Source: Clostridia bacterium
GTDB taxonomy: Bacteria > Bacillota > Clostridia > Oscillospirales > CAG-272
Length of the DNA: 64,000 nucleotides
Direction of reading: 5' to 3'
Assembly (NCBI GenBank): GCA_017410065.1
Contig: JAFQRL010000004.1
Span: 5,856 to 69,855, forward strand
The notes beneath the pieces were generated by a model that saw nothing but the letters and a program-made list of their open reading frames with translations, did no database searches and was not told the DNA's origin. The position numbers and the translations under genes were made by a program. Shown here one piece after another: positions 25,940 through 36,103 of this stretch (position 1 is the stretch's first letter; every line of letters begins with the position of its first letter).

Positions 25940-27232
25940 TTAGGGGGTCAGTCTATTGGGACCGCGGAAGAGGAACTCTGCCTCCTTGATGGAAAGTCCG
26001 AGGAAGAGCATTGTGAGACGGTCGATACCGAGACCGAAGCCGCCGTGAGGAGGACAGCCGTACTTGAAGAACTCAAGGTAGAACTTAACGTCCTCGGCAA
26101 GTCCCTTCTCCTCCGCCTGAGCGCGAAGAACGTCGTATCTATGCTCACGCTGAGCACCCGTGGTGATCTCTACGCCGCGCCAGATAAGGTCGTAGCCCTG
26201 GGGGATGCCGTTTTCGTCACGCATATGATAGAAGGCTCTTTCCTTTGCGTCGTAGTCTGTGATGAAGAGGAATTCGTGATCGAACATATCGCGGCAGAGC
26301 TGCTTTGTCATTCTCTCCGCCTCGGTGGTAAGGTCGCCCTTAAGCTCGTCGGGGACGGTGTAGCCGTATCTTGCCTCAAGCTCGCGGTAAACGTCTGCAA
26401 GCTTCATTCTGGGGAAAGGGAGGGTGGGAACACGAAGTGCGTACTCCTCGCCGTAGAGTGAGACGATCTCCTCGCCGTGCTTTTCCGCAACCTTGGCGAG
26501 AGCATAAGCGAGAAGCTCCTCCTCCATTTTCATAACGTCCTCAAAGGAGTCGATATAAGAGAATTCAAGGTCGAAGCCTGTGAACTCGGTTGCGTGCTTA
26601 TTGGTATAGGACTTCTCCGCTCTGAAAACGGGACCTGTTTCAAAAATGCGCTCAAGACCCGACGCCATTGCCATCTGCTTATAGAACTGGGGAGACTGGG
26701 CAAGGTATGCGTTACCGTCGAAATACTTTACCTCAAAAACGTCAGAGCCCGACTCGCTTGCCGCGGCAATGAGCTTGGGGGTGTGTATCTCAACGAAGTT
26801 GCGCTCAACGAGGAACTCGCGCAGAGCGTTGGTGAGGGTGGTCTGCATACGGAGCATAAGGTGGTTTTTATCGCGGCGAAGGTCTATCCATCTGTAATCC
26901 ATACGAACGTCGATATCCGAATCATCCTTGATGGGAAGCGCATCGGCAACAGACTCGATCTTCATTACGTCGGGGTACATCTCCTTGCCGCCCATTTTAA
27001 CGTACTCGGAGGCAACCACCTCGCCCTCAAAGGTGACGACCGAATGAATAGTGAGAGCATCAAGCATCTCTGCGAATTCGGGGTGCTTTTCCTTCTCGAT
27101 AGTTACCTGAAGCTTGCCCGTGATGTCCTTGACCACGATGAAAGCCATAGTTCTTTTATTGCGGAAGTTTTCAACAAAGCCCTGCACGCGGTGCACGCCC
27201 GGGACTATGTCCTTGATATAGGTTCTTTCCAT
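25940..27232 (-). CDS. aspS: class IIb aspartyl-tRNA synthetase, archaeal/type-2-like (AspRS/AsnRS family)
   Basis: OB-fold N-domain VQGFVENFRNKRTMAFIVVKDITGKLQV, motif 2 FRAEKSYTNKHATEF, motif 3 GGFGLGIDRL, C-terminal RGPNRLTP. Confidence 0.7.
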   Translation of the reverse strand: MERTYIKDIVPGVHRVQGFVENFRNKRTMAFIVVKDITGKLQVTIEKEKHPEFAEMLDALTIHSVVTFEGEVVASEYVKMGGKEMYPDVMKIESVADALPIKDDSDIDVRMDYRWIDLRRDKNHLMLRMQTTLTNALREFLVERNFVEIHTPKLIAAASESGSDVFEVKYFDGNAYLAQSPQFYKQMAMASGLERIFETGPVFRAEKSYTNKHATEFTGFDLEFSYIDSFEDVMKMEEELLAYALAKVAEKHGEEIVSLYGEEYALRVPTLPFPRMKLADVYRELEARYGYTVPDELKGDLTTEAERMTKQLCRDMFDHEFLFITDYDAKERAFYHMRDENGIPQGYDLIWRGVEITTGAQREHRYDVLRAQAEEKGLAEDVKFYLEFFKYGCPPHGGFGLGIDRLTMLFLGLSIKEAEFLFRGPNRLTP

Positions 27233-27292
27233 TTTTCTTTGTCCTTTATATTAAAAATTTCTTTTCTTGCTATATGATTTTTTCAAAGCTGC

Positions 27293-28099
27293 TCAAAGAG
27301 TAGCGAGGAATTCCACTGCCTCGTCTATCCACTTTGCCGCTATTGGCTGTATGTGGGAGGGGGCACCTGCCGTGTCCTCATTGCCGAGGGCGAGACCGTG
27401 GCCGCCATAGGGATATATCCTTGTGGAAACGGGGATATCAAGCTCAAAGAGCCGCCTTGTGAGAGCAAGGGAGCCGACGAGGGGAACGCCCTTATCCTTT
27501 GCGGTGTGCCAGATAAACATAGGGGGCGTGTTGAGATTTACGCGCTTTTCAATAGAGAATTTTTCCCTCTCCTCATCCGTGAGATCCTCAAACTCCTTGC
27601 CGAGAAGGTTTTTGAAGGAGCCCTTGTGAGTCGGCTCGTATGCAGTGATAACAGGATAGCAAAGGACTGCCGCATCGGGGCGAATTTCCGAGGGGCTGAC
27701 TCCAAGGAGCTCTGTGAGCTCGGGGTCGTCGTACATCGTTGCAAGAGAGCCCGCAAGATGACCGCCTGCGGAGAAGCCGAGAACAGCTACCTTATCCTTT
27801 ATTATTCCGTATTTTTCCGCGTTTTCCCTGATGTGAAGTATCGCGCGTGAGGCGTCGATGAGCTGACGGGGATAAACGTCTCCCTCCTGACCGACTCTGT
27901 ACCAAAGCACAAAGGCGTTATAGCCCTTTGCGGCAAACGCAAGAGCTATCGGCTCAGCCTCTCTCGGAGAAACTCCGTGGTATCCGCCGCCCGGGCAGAT
28001 GAGCACCGCTCTGCGGAGAGTGCCGCTGGTGTTGAAGCTTACGTAGGTATCAAGGCTGGCTCTGCCGTCGTCGCTGAGAATAATTCTTTCGTTTATCAT
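27293..28099 (-). CDS. alpha/beta-hydrolase esterase
   Basis: HGGG-like CPGGGYH, nucleophile elbow GFSAGGH, C-terminal GGHGL. The start is set at MINERI (ATG 28099) after GGGAGG. The ORF-track start is 28198. Confidence 0.7.
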   Translation of the reverse strand: MINERIILSDDGRASLDTYVSFNTSGTLRRAVLICPGGGYHGVSPREAEPIALAFAAKGYNAFVLWYRVGQEGDVYPRQLIDASRAILHIRENAEKYGIIKDKVAVLGFSAGGHLAGSLATMYDDPELTELLGVSPSEIRPDAAVLCYPVITAYEPTHKGSFKNLLGKEFEDLTDEEREKFSIEKRVNLNTPPMFIWHTAKDKGVPLVGSLALTRRLFELDIPVSTRIYPYGGHGLALGNEDTAGAPSHIQPIAAKWIDEAVEFLATL

Positions 28100-28221
28100 A
28101 ATGCCTCCCATAAAGGAAACCTCCCCGCAGAAGATCTGACCGTCTCCGATAGGATCTCCACAAGTCGTAATTTCACTACACTTTATATATTCTAACATAA
28201 TATTATAAAAAATGCAAGAGC

Positions 28222-28275
28222 CTTGGCGTTTTTGGAAAACAATTTTTACTTGGCGTTTTTGGAAAACAATTTTTA
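28222..28275. repeat. perfect tandem duplication, 2 x 27 bp (CTTGGCGTTTTTGGAAAACAATTTTTA)
   Basis: Read directly, in the intergenic region between two minus-strand genes. Confidence 0.9.
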
Positions 28276-28409
28276 AAAGATTCGGAGCTCTGTGCTCCGC
28301 TTTTACAAAAAGAGCCCCGACAGGTTTTTAACCCTGCCAAGGCTCGTGTTGATTTAATTCAGGTTAAGCGAGGGAAAATTATTGATCACCGTCCGTGAGA
28401 GCGGAGAGA

Positions 28410-29936
28410 TCAATACCTATCGTAGATATCCTCGCCGTCGAACATTTCGTTGATCTCTTTGAGAGTTTCGCGGACGAAGAGGTCGCCGCCCTCGTGGCCG
28501 ACGTTGCCGCTGGTGATGTAGGCGCTGTAATGGCCTGCCGCCTCTGCCTTCTTTGTGGGAAGGTAGCCGCCCCTGCCACAGCAAAGCTGAACAACGAAGG
28601 TCTGCTCTGCGTAGCTTCTTGCCTTGATGTAATTTCCGTAGTCGAGGAAAAGCTCAAAGGGGTTGGTGGTGAAGGCGACGTTGCCAAAGCGGACAACGTG
28701 AGATTCGATGGTAAATATTTCCTCGTACTGCTGACGGCGGTATCTTAAGATATTGCCTGCGTAAACGTACATTTTCGCATTATCGGCATAGGTGAAGACG
28801 GGCTTATCCGCGTTCTTCTGAACGTAATATTCGATCTCGCGGACCGATTTTTCGTAATCCGATTTTGTTGCCTTGCGCAGAGGAAGGTCCATAGTGAGCA
28901 CCTTATGAACGAAGGTCGCCTCATCCTTGAGCTCGCCGAGCTCCTCATATACCGAAATGATCTCGTTTGCAACTCTCTTGCCGGCTCTGTTACAGCCCGA
29001 GATATCAAACATTGAGGGGTCGGCCTTGCGCTTCAGGGGAAGCGGGCGAATGATGTGAGGGTCAAGCACGGGAGTTTCGGGCTGTACCCAGCGAACGAGG
29101 TCGCGGGGGCACTGGTCGCCGCCTGCGCCGCCAAGGGCGAGAAGATGAACGTGGGAGCCCAGCTTTTCTCTGATAATAGCCTTTGCTCTGCCCCAATAAT
29201 CGGCGGAGACAAAGCTTCTCTGCTCAAGTATCTGGGAGGGGCAAGCAATATTGGCAACCACGCCTGTGAGCTTTTTGCTTTCATCAAAGGTGTAGATGAG
29301 CTCAATTCCCGAATCGTTGCCGCCCTCCATCGAAACGAAGTTTGCGGTGTTTGTGTCGCCCCACATTTCAGCGGTGCCGTCATCATAGGAAACTCTGCGG
29401 CACATACCGACCGCGGCTCTGCCGAAGTCGTTTGCATAAAGGGCGGGCTTTCTTGCGAGCCAAGCCCTGTGCGCCGCATTTGCAATATTTTCGGCAACGA
29501 AAAGGGTCGCCTCGGCGGTGTCCATAACAGAATCGTCTGCCGTGACTGTCGCGCGGTATTCCTTATCGGGAGACATAAACTCGGCAAGTATATCCTTTGT
29601 TGAACCGATAGGATTTGCTCCGTTTTCCTCATAAGGAGAGGTCATAGTGTGAGAGGTGTGAGTGTGAGTTGCGGCAACGATAAGCTTTGATGGGGAGACC
29701 TCATCTGTGAGGGCGGCGAACCTCTCGCGCACCGCACGGAGAAGGAAATCCGGAATTCCGCCAAGGTCTGCGGAAACCATAATCATTTCTTCGCCGTCGC
29801 ACTCAACCGCCATTGCCGTTGCGGTGATCTCCGACTCAACGAACTCGGATATTCTTTCGTAAAATTGACCCGCAAGTCTTATTTTCTTTTCGGGCACAAG
29901 ACTTTCCTCTGCCCATCCTATAAGTATTTTACCCAT
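28410..29936 (-). CDS. hypothetical hydrolase, neutral-ceramidase-N-terminal-like
   Basis: N-terminal LIGWAEESLVPEKKIRLAGQF... and the AATHTHTSH motif resemble the neutral/alkaline ceramidase N-domain. Assignment is weak. Confidence 0.4.
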   Translation of the reverse strand: MGKILIGWAEESLVPEKKIRLAGQFYERISEFVESEITATAMAVECDGEEMIMVSADLGGIPDFLLRAVRERFAALTDEVSPSKLIVAATHTHTSHTMTSPYEENGANPIGSTKDILAEFMSPDKEYRATVTADDSVMDTAEATLFVAENIANAAHRAWLARKPALYANDFGRAAVGMCRRVSYDDGTAEMWGDTNTANFVSMEGGNDSGIELIYTFDESKKLTGVVANIACPSQILEQRSFVSADYWGRAKAIIREKLGSHVHLLALGGAGGDQCPRDLVRWVQPETPVLDPHIIRPLPLKRKADPSMFDISGCNRAGKRVANEIISVYEELGELKDEATFVHKVLTMDLPLRKATKSDYEKSVREIEYYVQKNADKPVFTYADNAKMYVYAGNILRYRRQQYEEIFTIESHVVRFGNVAFTTNPFELFLDYGNYIKARSYAEQTFVVQLCCGRGGYLPTKKAEAAGHYSAYITSGNVGHEGGDLFVRETLKEINEMFDGEDIYDRY

Positions 29937-30110
29937 TTGTAATTTGCTCCGTAATGTATATAATTGTTTGTATTTTCAGCATTTCGGGCTACCCGTGTTG
30001 ATTTTTGACGTAGCCCTGTGAGTTGATTTTTCAGATGATATTGATGCCAAGGATATTAAAAATCTGCGATGACTGCCGTTTTTTCGATGCAGCCTGATAG
30101 GAGTGCCTTA

Positions 30111-31457
30111 TCAGATGATCTCGATGCCGAGGATGTTGCAAAGATCGGTGATGGCTGCCGTGTTATCCCCGTAGGAGACGATATAGTGCTGGCACATTAC
30201 CTTCTCGGTGAAGTCCTCTGTGTCGGGAAGAAGGATCTCAAGGCCCGGGAGCTGAGGTGCGGGCTGAGTCCAGCCTGCCTCCTCCCACTTGCGAGGAGCG
30301 ATGGCGTCGCCCACCACCATATGCATATAATACTCGCCGTCAATAGAGGTGAGGCGGCAGAGAGTGACCTTGCCGGGCTTGACTCTTGAAACGTTGAGTA
30401 TACCCTCGGAGAGCTCGCCGAATGCGGCGGGCATAACGTGCACGCCGTCTACCGTTACCTCTGCGGGAACGTAGTCGGGCACGCCTGCGAGGACTCTGTC
30501 CTCAAAGAACTCATAAAATTCAAGATAGAATGCGCATTGACCTGTGAGGTACTTGACCATAAGCTGAGTTACCGAGCCGAGAGAATCGTTTTCGGGAACG
30601 GTGCAAAGGCCTGCCTCGTCGGAAAGAAGCATAAAGATGGGGGCGGGCGGGAAGCCGAGGAGCTTCTTCATACCGTCAACGTCCTTCAAGGAGATGGCAC
30701 CGTAGCCGCGCTCGTCGCAGATCTGCTTTGTGGCAAGATAGTAGCCTGCCGCAAGCTTCATACTTTCGGGGTTTGCGGGCTTCTCAAAATGCCACTTGGA
30801 CATACATTCATCTAAAACCGCCTGCTTTTCTTCGTCGGTGATCTTCTCAAAGCGCTGTGCGATCTCAAGCATCTCAAAGCTTTCGATCTCGGGACCCACG
30901 ACTCTCTTGAGGGAGCCGCCGTCATAAAGGGTGCCGTAAAGGTTCATATCGCGATAGCCCGCCATACCGCATCTTGCGTGGCGAAGCTTTGCCGCCGCGC
31001 TTGCTGCAAGAGCGAAGCTATACACTCTATCGGTCCTTGAGGGGAGACCGATGATATCGTATACGTATTTGAAGCTGTAACCGAGATCATAGAAGGTCTT
31101 GCGAAGGGCACTCGTGCCCGCCTGATCTGCGGTGGTGACAAGGCGGTCGCCCTCCATCCAGCCGCAAAGTCCCCAAAGAACGATTGGCTTATCTCTGAAA
31201 TATTCGGCTACCTTAACCACCGCGTGAGTGGGTATCCAGCCCGCGATGCAGAGAACGAGGGAATCGAATTCCTTGCCGCGAAGCGAATCTATTGCCGCTT
31301 TGATATCCTTTTCCTCATAATCGTCTGTGACGGGATAGACGGAGATAAGCTCCATTCCCTTCTCAATGAGGCCCGCTTCTGCCTCCTTGCATTTCTTAAC
31401 GATGATGTCGCGAGGTGTGTTTACCTCACCGAAGCCAACGAAAGCCGCTTTAATCAT
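30111..31457 (-). CDS. L-fucose/L-arabinose isomerase-family protein (putative sugar isomerase)
   Basis: 448 aa. The N-terminal FVGFGEVNTPRDII pattern and overall size are typical of this family. Moderate confidence only. Confidence 0.45.
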   Translation of the reverse strand: MIKAAFVGFGEVNTPRDIIVKKCKEAEAGLIEKGMELISVYPVTDDYEEKDIKAAIDSLRGKEFDSLVLCIAGWIPTHAVVKVAEYFRDKPIVLWGLCGWMEGDRLVTTADQAGTSALRKTFYDLGYSFKYVYDIIGLPSRTDRVYSFALAASAAAKLRHARCGMAGYRDMNLYGTLYDGGSLKRVVGPEIESFEMLEIAQRFEKITDEEKQAVLDECMSKWHFEKPANPESMKLAAGYYLATKQICDERGYGAISLKDVDGMKKLLGFPPAPIFMLLSDEAGLCTVPENDSLGSVTQLMVKYLTGQCAFYLEFYEFFEDRVLAGVPDYVPAEVTVDGVHVMPAAFGELSEGILNVSRVKPGKVTLCRLTSIDGEYYMHMVVGDAIAPRKWEEAGWTQPAPQLPGLEILLPDTEDFTEKVMCQHYIVSYGDNTAAITDLCNILGIEII

Positions 31458-31625
31458 ATTTTTCTCCTTTTTGTTGGATATTTTTTTATTTTATTTTAAC
31501 ATAAACGAGGGCGGTTTGGCGATATTTTTTTACGAAACTTTTTCGTAAATTTTGAAATTGGCTTGAACTTCTAAAAAAATTGTGTTAGAATAGGCTAAAG
31601 ACTGAAATTATCGGGGGGATTTTCG

Positions 31626-32606
31626 GTGACACTTAAAAAAATTGCAGAGGCTGTCGGTTGCTCGGTCGCGACCGTTTCAAAGGCATTTTCGGGCAGCACC
31701 GAGATCAGCGAGACCGTAACGGAAAAGATATTCGAAAAGGCTCGCGAGCTTGGCTGTTATGATAAATATTACAAGGGCAAAACGCGGCGCAAGATCATAG
31801 GACTTCTTTTCCCCGAGGCCGCAAGCGAGTTTTACGGAAGACAGATAGATATGCTTGAGCGGGAGATATACGAGCGGGGAGCTGACACCGTGGTTGGTAT
31901 AACCAGATTTAACGCAGAGCGAACCGCAAGGCTCTTCAATTCCTTTGCCTTTGGAATGAGAGTTGACGGCATCATCCTTTCAGGAGACGTGAGCTTAATA
32001 AGAAACCCCGACCAGATACCTCTCGTTTGTTTCCATAAGCCCCAAAACAAGAAAAATCCCGCCAACGCAGACTACCTTTCAATAGATTATAAAGGCGGAT
32101 TGCTAAAGCTTTGCGAGCTTATCAAGGAATACGGACACACAAACGTCGGCTTTATCGGCGAGCCATACACAAAATATAAAATGATACATCTTTGCGAGGC
32201 ACTGCGCAAATGCGGACTCCCTGTCCGCGAAAACTTCTTCTACATTTCAAAGCACCGCTTTGCGGAGGCGGGCGAGGACGGCTTTGCTCACTTAGCAAAG
32301 GAGAAGGTCTTGCCCGACGTTATAGTCACAGGCTACGACCAGATAGCCTTCGGCGCGATCAGGTGCGCAAAAAAGATGGGCATAAGGGTGCCCGAGGACG
32401 TGTCGATCGTTGGAATTGACGACATCACCGCTACCGATTTTATCGACGTGCCTTTGACCTCACTCCACGTACACACAGAGAGTGCCTGCAAAACAGTCGT
32501 CGATCTTCTGTTTAAAAGAATTGATAACAGAAACTATCGGGAAAACAGAGAATTCATCATTCCTCTTTCGGTAAATATGAGGGAGTCGTTAGCTAAGAAA
32601 AGATGA
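31626..32606 (+). CDS. LacI-family transcriptional regulator
   Basis: GTG start. TLKKIAEAVGCSVATVSKAFSG HTH followed by a periplasmic-binding-protein-like sugar-binding domain. Confidence 0.9.
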   Translation: MTLKKIAEAVGCSVATVSKAFSGSTEISETVTEKIFEKARELGCYDKYYKGKTRRKIIGLLFPEAASEFYGRQIDMLEREIYERGADTVVGITRFNAERTARLFNSFAFGMRVDGIILSGDVSLIRNPDQIPLVCFHKPQNKKNPANADYLSIDYKGGLLKLCELIKEYGHTNVGFIGEPYTKYKMIHLCEALRKCGLPVRENFFYISKHRFAEAGEDGFAHLAKEKVLPDVIVTGYDQIAFGAIRCAKKMGIRVPEDVSIVGIDDITATDFIDVPLTSLHVHTESACKTVVDLLFKRIDNRNYRENREFIIPLSVNMRESLAKKR

Positions 32607-32698
32607 TATTTCTCGCTATTTTATAACAATTGTTTGCATTTTTATATACATTTCAGCTATTTTGATTTAAAGCTCTTTAATTTCAGGTTCCCAATATC

Positions 32699-32737
32699 AA
32701 AGGCGGCACAACCCGATTTCAGCTGTGCCGCCTTTTC
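32699..32737. terminator. bidirectional intrinsic terminator AAAGGCGGCACA-loop-TGTGCCGCCTTTT
   Basis: 12-bp stem flanked by an A-run and a T-run, between the convergent lacI-family gene and the 460-aa gene. Confidence 0.8.
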
Positions 32738-32766
32738 ATTATTTTTTTAGGAGTTCCAAGGTACCG

Positions 32767-34149
32767 TTATTTTGCTTTGGCTTCTTTCATTTCATTTATC
32801 TCCTTTTGGAAGAAGCTCTTTCCCTTATAGAAAACGTCATCTCCGGGATAAGGAATGGTCTTTTCGTAAACCTTAGCACATCTTATAAGGTCGAAGAAGA
32901 GGTCTGCGTCCTCATCGCAATAGAGCGGTATTCTCGGGAAACCGAGTGTTGCGAAAAGTCCGCGGACGGTGCCGTTGGCGCAAATACAAGTTCCGTTAAC
33001 TCCGCCGTTGGACAAGCCGGGAACACCGACGTGCATACCCTGCGAAACACCGTTTGAGCTTCTGTCGAGATTGTAAGTAAACGCACCGTTTTCAGGCACT
33101 CTGTGTCCTTTTAGCTTTTCGTATGTAGTTTTTATAAGCTTGGGGGCAAGTGCGCGAATTCTCGCTCTTAGCCTTTTCTCGTCCTCAATTCTTCCAAGAG
33201 CTACGAAGCTATTCAATATGTTATTTATTGTAACGAGAGGATTATAGAACTGGCAAACGAAAACGATGGGCTCATCGGAAAGCGCCGCCGCAAGCGCACT
33301 TTCAAGCGCCTGATCGGGGCGAGGTATGGGTGCTTTACAGGTGCTGTAAAGCAGTCCGATCTTCATAAGGCCGTTAACCGAATCGTAATTCACCTTTTCC
33401 TGCCAAAGGCCGTTATCATCGCGCTGATTTTCCTCGATCCAATCAAGCAAGCACTTAACGTATTCGGGACCCGCCGCAACGATCTGCGGTGCTTGCGCCT
33501 GTAAAAGGTTTCCTACGTAGTAGGAACGAGTCGAAATAGGCTGCTTGGCAAGATACGCCTTGAACTTTTCAAGATCCGTGAGATGCTCGGGAAGCTCACA
33601 CCTTTCCTCTACGTTTTCAGAGCTGAGCCTTTCAATCGCCGTGGGATAGGGCGGCTTAATTCCAAGCTGCTCGTATATACCCGTTGCCCAACTAAGATCG
33701 CGACCCTTGCGCGAGGTAGTTATATACTTACCCCACTGAGGATGGTAAATATAGCCGTCCTCAGGATCGAGAAGGGACGTTGCAAATTTGCCCACAAGCT
33801 TTTTGAAATCCTCGGGGAACGCCTCGGGATCGTCAACTGCCTTGCCCTTCGTTAACCCGGATGCGGCAAGGAAATACAAAGCCTGACCTGTTGACTCAAT
33901 GTCGGGAAGCATATTTTCGCATCCTCTTCCCGATTCATTGTGATAAAATCCGCCTATCTCGGGCTGCCAAAGCCCTGCAAGCCATATATAAAGCTTTTCG
34001 TCGTAAAGGCTAAGAAGCTCTCTCAAAGCATCAGCCGCATCCGCGCCAAGCTCCTCTGCCGCCTTTGCAAGATGCTCCTCACGCATTTTTTCTCTTGCCT
34101 TACGGCAAGAATTTAACCTTTCCTCAGAAATCACAAAACCTTCGCTCAT
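32767..34149 (-). CDS. hypothetical protein, possibly an alpha/alpha-toroid enzyme
   Basis: The start is set at MSEGFV (ATG 34149) behind AAGGAG. No catalytic motif recognised. Confidence 0.5.
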   Translation of the reverse strand: MSEGFVISEERLNSCRKAREKMREEHLAKAAEELGADAADALRELLSLYDEKLYIWLAGLWQPEIGGFYHNESGRGCENMLPDIESTGQALYFLAASGLTKGKAVDDPEAFPEDFKKLVGKFATSLLDPEDGYIYHPQWGKYITTSRKGRDLSWATGIYEQLGIKPPYPTAIERLSSENVEERCELPEHLTDLEKFKAYLAKQPISTRSYYVGNLLQAQAPQIVAAGPEYVKCLLDWIEENQRDDNGLWQEKVNYDSVNGLMKIGLLYSTCKAPIPRPDQALESALAAALSDEPIVFVCQFYNPLVTINNILNSFVALGRIEDEKRLRARIRALAPKLIKTTYEKLKGHRVPENGAFTYNLDRSSNGVSQGMHVGVPGLSNGGVNGTCICANGTVRGLFATLGFPRIPLYCDEDADLFFDLIRCAKVYEKTIPYPGDDVFYKGKSFFQKEINEMKEAKAK

Positions 34150-34206
34150 AATAAAACTCCTTTTTCGCGCAAGGCCGATATTCCCCGCCCTCGCAATACT
34201 AGAAAT

Positions 34207-34235
34207 ATGATACCATTTTGCCACTACTTTGTCAA
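34207..34235 (-). promoter_or_regulatory. sigma-A type promoter (TTGACA - 17 bp - TATCAT)
   Basis: Minus strand reads TTGACAAAGTAGTGGCAAAATGGTATCAT, about 55 nt upstream of ATG 34149. Confidence 0.55.
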
Positions 34236-34382
34236 TATTGTTTAATAAAAAACACATTATTCCATACATTTAAGTATTTAAAAGACACCTAAACGGCTAA
34301 AAAGGAAAGCGCGGCATCCCGACATCAAAGCAGGCACCGCGCTTTTATGATTATGATATTGAGCTATCAAAGCTCCTTTTTT

Positions 34383-34690
34383 CAGATGATTTTTGGATGA
34401 GGGTCGTCGTAATTCACTGCGCCGCTGTATGCGAATACTGCAAGTCAGTGAATTCGGCAAAAGACGAAGTCGGTCTCGCTCGAAGTCGCAAACTTTGACC
34501 TAGCTTGCTTTCATATCAAATTCAATTATTGAAGCTGTCACTTTTTGATGAATTCGAGATGAGAAGCTTCGATTTACGACCGACAGGCGTATATGAATAC
34601 GTCGAGGTCGTAAAACGAAGGTAGGAATTACCGCTTTGATAATAATCAGCCTACGAAATCTTATTTCGGGTAAAACAATTCCGGTCTCGC
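34383..34690. repeat. two adjacent nested-hairpin repeat elements (copy D 34383-34490, copy B 34558-34690)
   Basis: D core: AATTCACTG ... CAGTGAATT enclosing GCTGTATGCGAATACTGC. B core: ACGACCG ... CGAGGTCGT enclosing GGCGTATATGAATACGTC. Both are followed by CGGTCTCGCTCGAAGTCGCAAA. Confidence 0.8.
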
Positions 34691-34706
34691 TCGAAGTCGC
34701 AAAAAA

Positions 34707-35729
34707 TCACTTTACGTAGGGGGGAGCTACCATCTCTCCACCCTTTGCCGCGCTCATTACGCACGCCATACCGACAGCAACGGTGTTGGAGCCCTCGATT
34801 GCATCGCACTCGATGGGAGTATTGTTGAGAATTGCGTCACACATATCTGCGATCTCGGCGGTAACGTTGTGGTTTGCAATGTCTACCGGAATCTTCTCTG
34901 CGGGATAGAGGTGCTTGCCGTTATCGGTTACTGCATGGCGGTAGAGAGTGATCTCGGGAGACTTATTATCGCAAATAACAGTACCCTTAGTACCGTAAAG
35001 GCAAGTACGCATTGTGTAGTCGCGCTTTACGCCGATACCGCAGAAGATCTTACCTGCAACGTTGTTGGGGAACTGCATAATAGCGATGGTGCAGTCGTCA
35101 ACAGGCCAATCGGAAAGAACCTTTCTGTTTGCCAAAGCCGCAACCTTTGTGGGGTTACCTGCGATCCAACGGAGAAGGTCGATAGCGTGGCATCCGCCGC
35201 CGATAACAGAATAACGAAGATGTACGGGATCCCATCTCCAGGGCTTACCAAGGAACTGATAGTCGTGAGCATACTCGGACTCAACGTAGAAGAGCTCACC
35301 GATCTCGCCGGAATCAACGATCTCCTTAGCCTTCATAAAGCCGGGAGCCTTACGGCAAACCTGACCTGTCATAAACTTCATACCTGTGCGACGAGCCGCG
35401 TCAACCATTGCCTGGCAGTCGTCCATAGTCTGTGCAAGAGGCTTCTCGCAAAGCACGTGATAGCCTGCCTCCATAGCCGCAACTGCGTGCTCTCTGTGAA
35501 CGTAGTCAGGGGTAACAAGAATTACGCAATCAAAGCCGCCAACCTTGATCATCTCATAAAAATCAAGATAATAAGGCACATTGTTATCAGCTGCTACCTT
35601 CTTTGCGATCGCTTCGTCGTTATCGCAAACGCAAACGAGCTCCGCCTTGCTAGAATTATTGAAGATGCCCTTGATGTGAGCCTTGCCAAGACCGCCAACG
35701 CCAACTACGGCAAATCTTACCTTTTCCAT
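34707..35729 (-). CDS. Gfo/Idh/MocA-family NAD(P)-dependent oxidoreductase
   Basis: VRFAVVGVGGLGKAH Rossmann motif, EKPLA motif. The start is set at MEKVRF (ATG 35729). Confidence 0.85.
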   Translation of the reverse strand: MEKVRFAVVGVGGLGKAHIKGIFNNSSKAELVCVCDNDEAIAKKVAADNNVPYYLDFYEMIKVGGFDCVILVTPDYVHREHAVAAMEAGYHVLCEKPLAQTMDDCQAMVDAARRTGMKFMTGQVCRKAPGFMKAKEIVDSGEIGELFYVESEYAHDYQFLGKPWRWDPVHLRYSVIGGGCHAIDLLRWIAGNPTKVAALANRKVLSDWPVDDCTIAIMQFPNNVAGKIFCGIGVKRDYTMRTCLYGTKGTVICDNKSPEITLYRHAVTDNGKHLYPAEKIPVDIANHNVTAEIADMCDAILNNTPIECDAIEGSNTVAVGMACVMSAAKGGEMVAPPYVK

Positions 35730-35789
35730 TTTAAAAACTCCTTTTATATGTAAATATAATATAGTATACAAGGTCTAACCTCTGCCATT

Positions 35790-35818
35790 AATATACCATT
35801 ATATTCAGCCGTTGTCAA
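35790..35818 (-). promoter_or_regulatory. sigma-A type promoter (TTGACA - 17 bp - TATATT)
   Basis: Minus strand reads TTGACAACGGCTGAATATAATGGTATATT, upstream of the oxidoreductase gene. Confidence 0.5.
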
Positions 35819-35911
35819 TGCTTTTTTCTTAATTTAACAAATTATTTTTCGCCTGTATAAAATAGCAACTGAAAGGTTCAAATTATTATTTCACAGCTTA
35901 ATTCTATTTAT

Positions 35912-35943
35912 AAAAAGCAAGGCTCGCCGAAGCAAGCCTTGCT
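35912..35943 (-). terminator. intrinsic terminator of pnp
   Basis: Minus strand reads GCAAGGCTTGCTTCGGCGAGCCTTGC followed by TTTTTAT. Confidence 0.7.
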
Positions 35944-35975
35944 CTAGTTACTTAATATATATTTTCGTATTTTTC

Positions 35976-36085
35976 GATGATTTTGAGGCGAGGTTTGTCG
36001 TAATTTCCTGTGCCGGCCATATATGAATATGGCAAATCGGGAAATTCGGCAAAAGGCGAAGTCGTACTCGACCGAAGCCGCCGTC
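35976..36085. repeat. nested-hairpin repeat element copy C
   Basis: Core AATTTCCTG ... CGGGAAATT encloses GGCCATATATGAATATGGC. Aligns with copy D, with compensatory changes in the outer stem. Confidence 0.75.
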
Positions 36086-36103
36086 GCCCAAAAGCGCGAA
36101 AAA

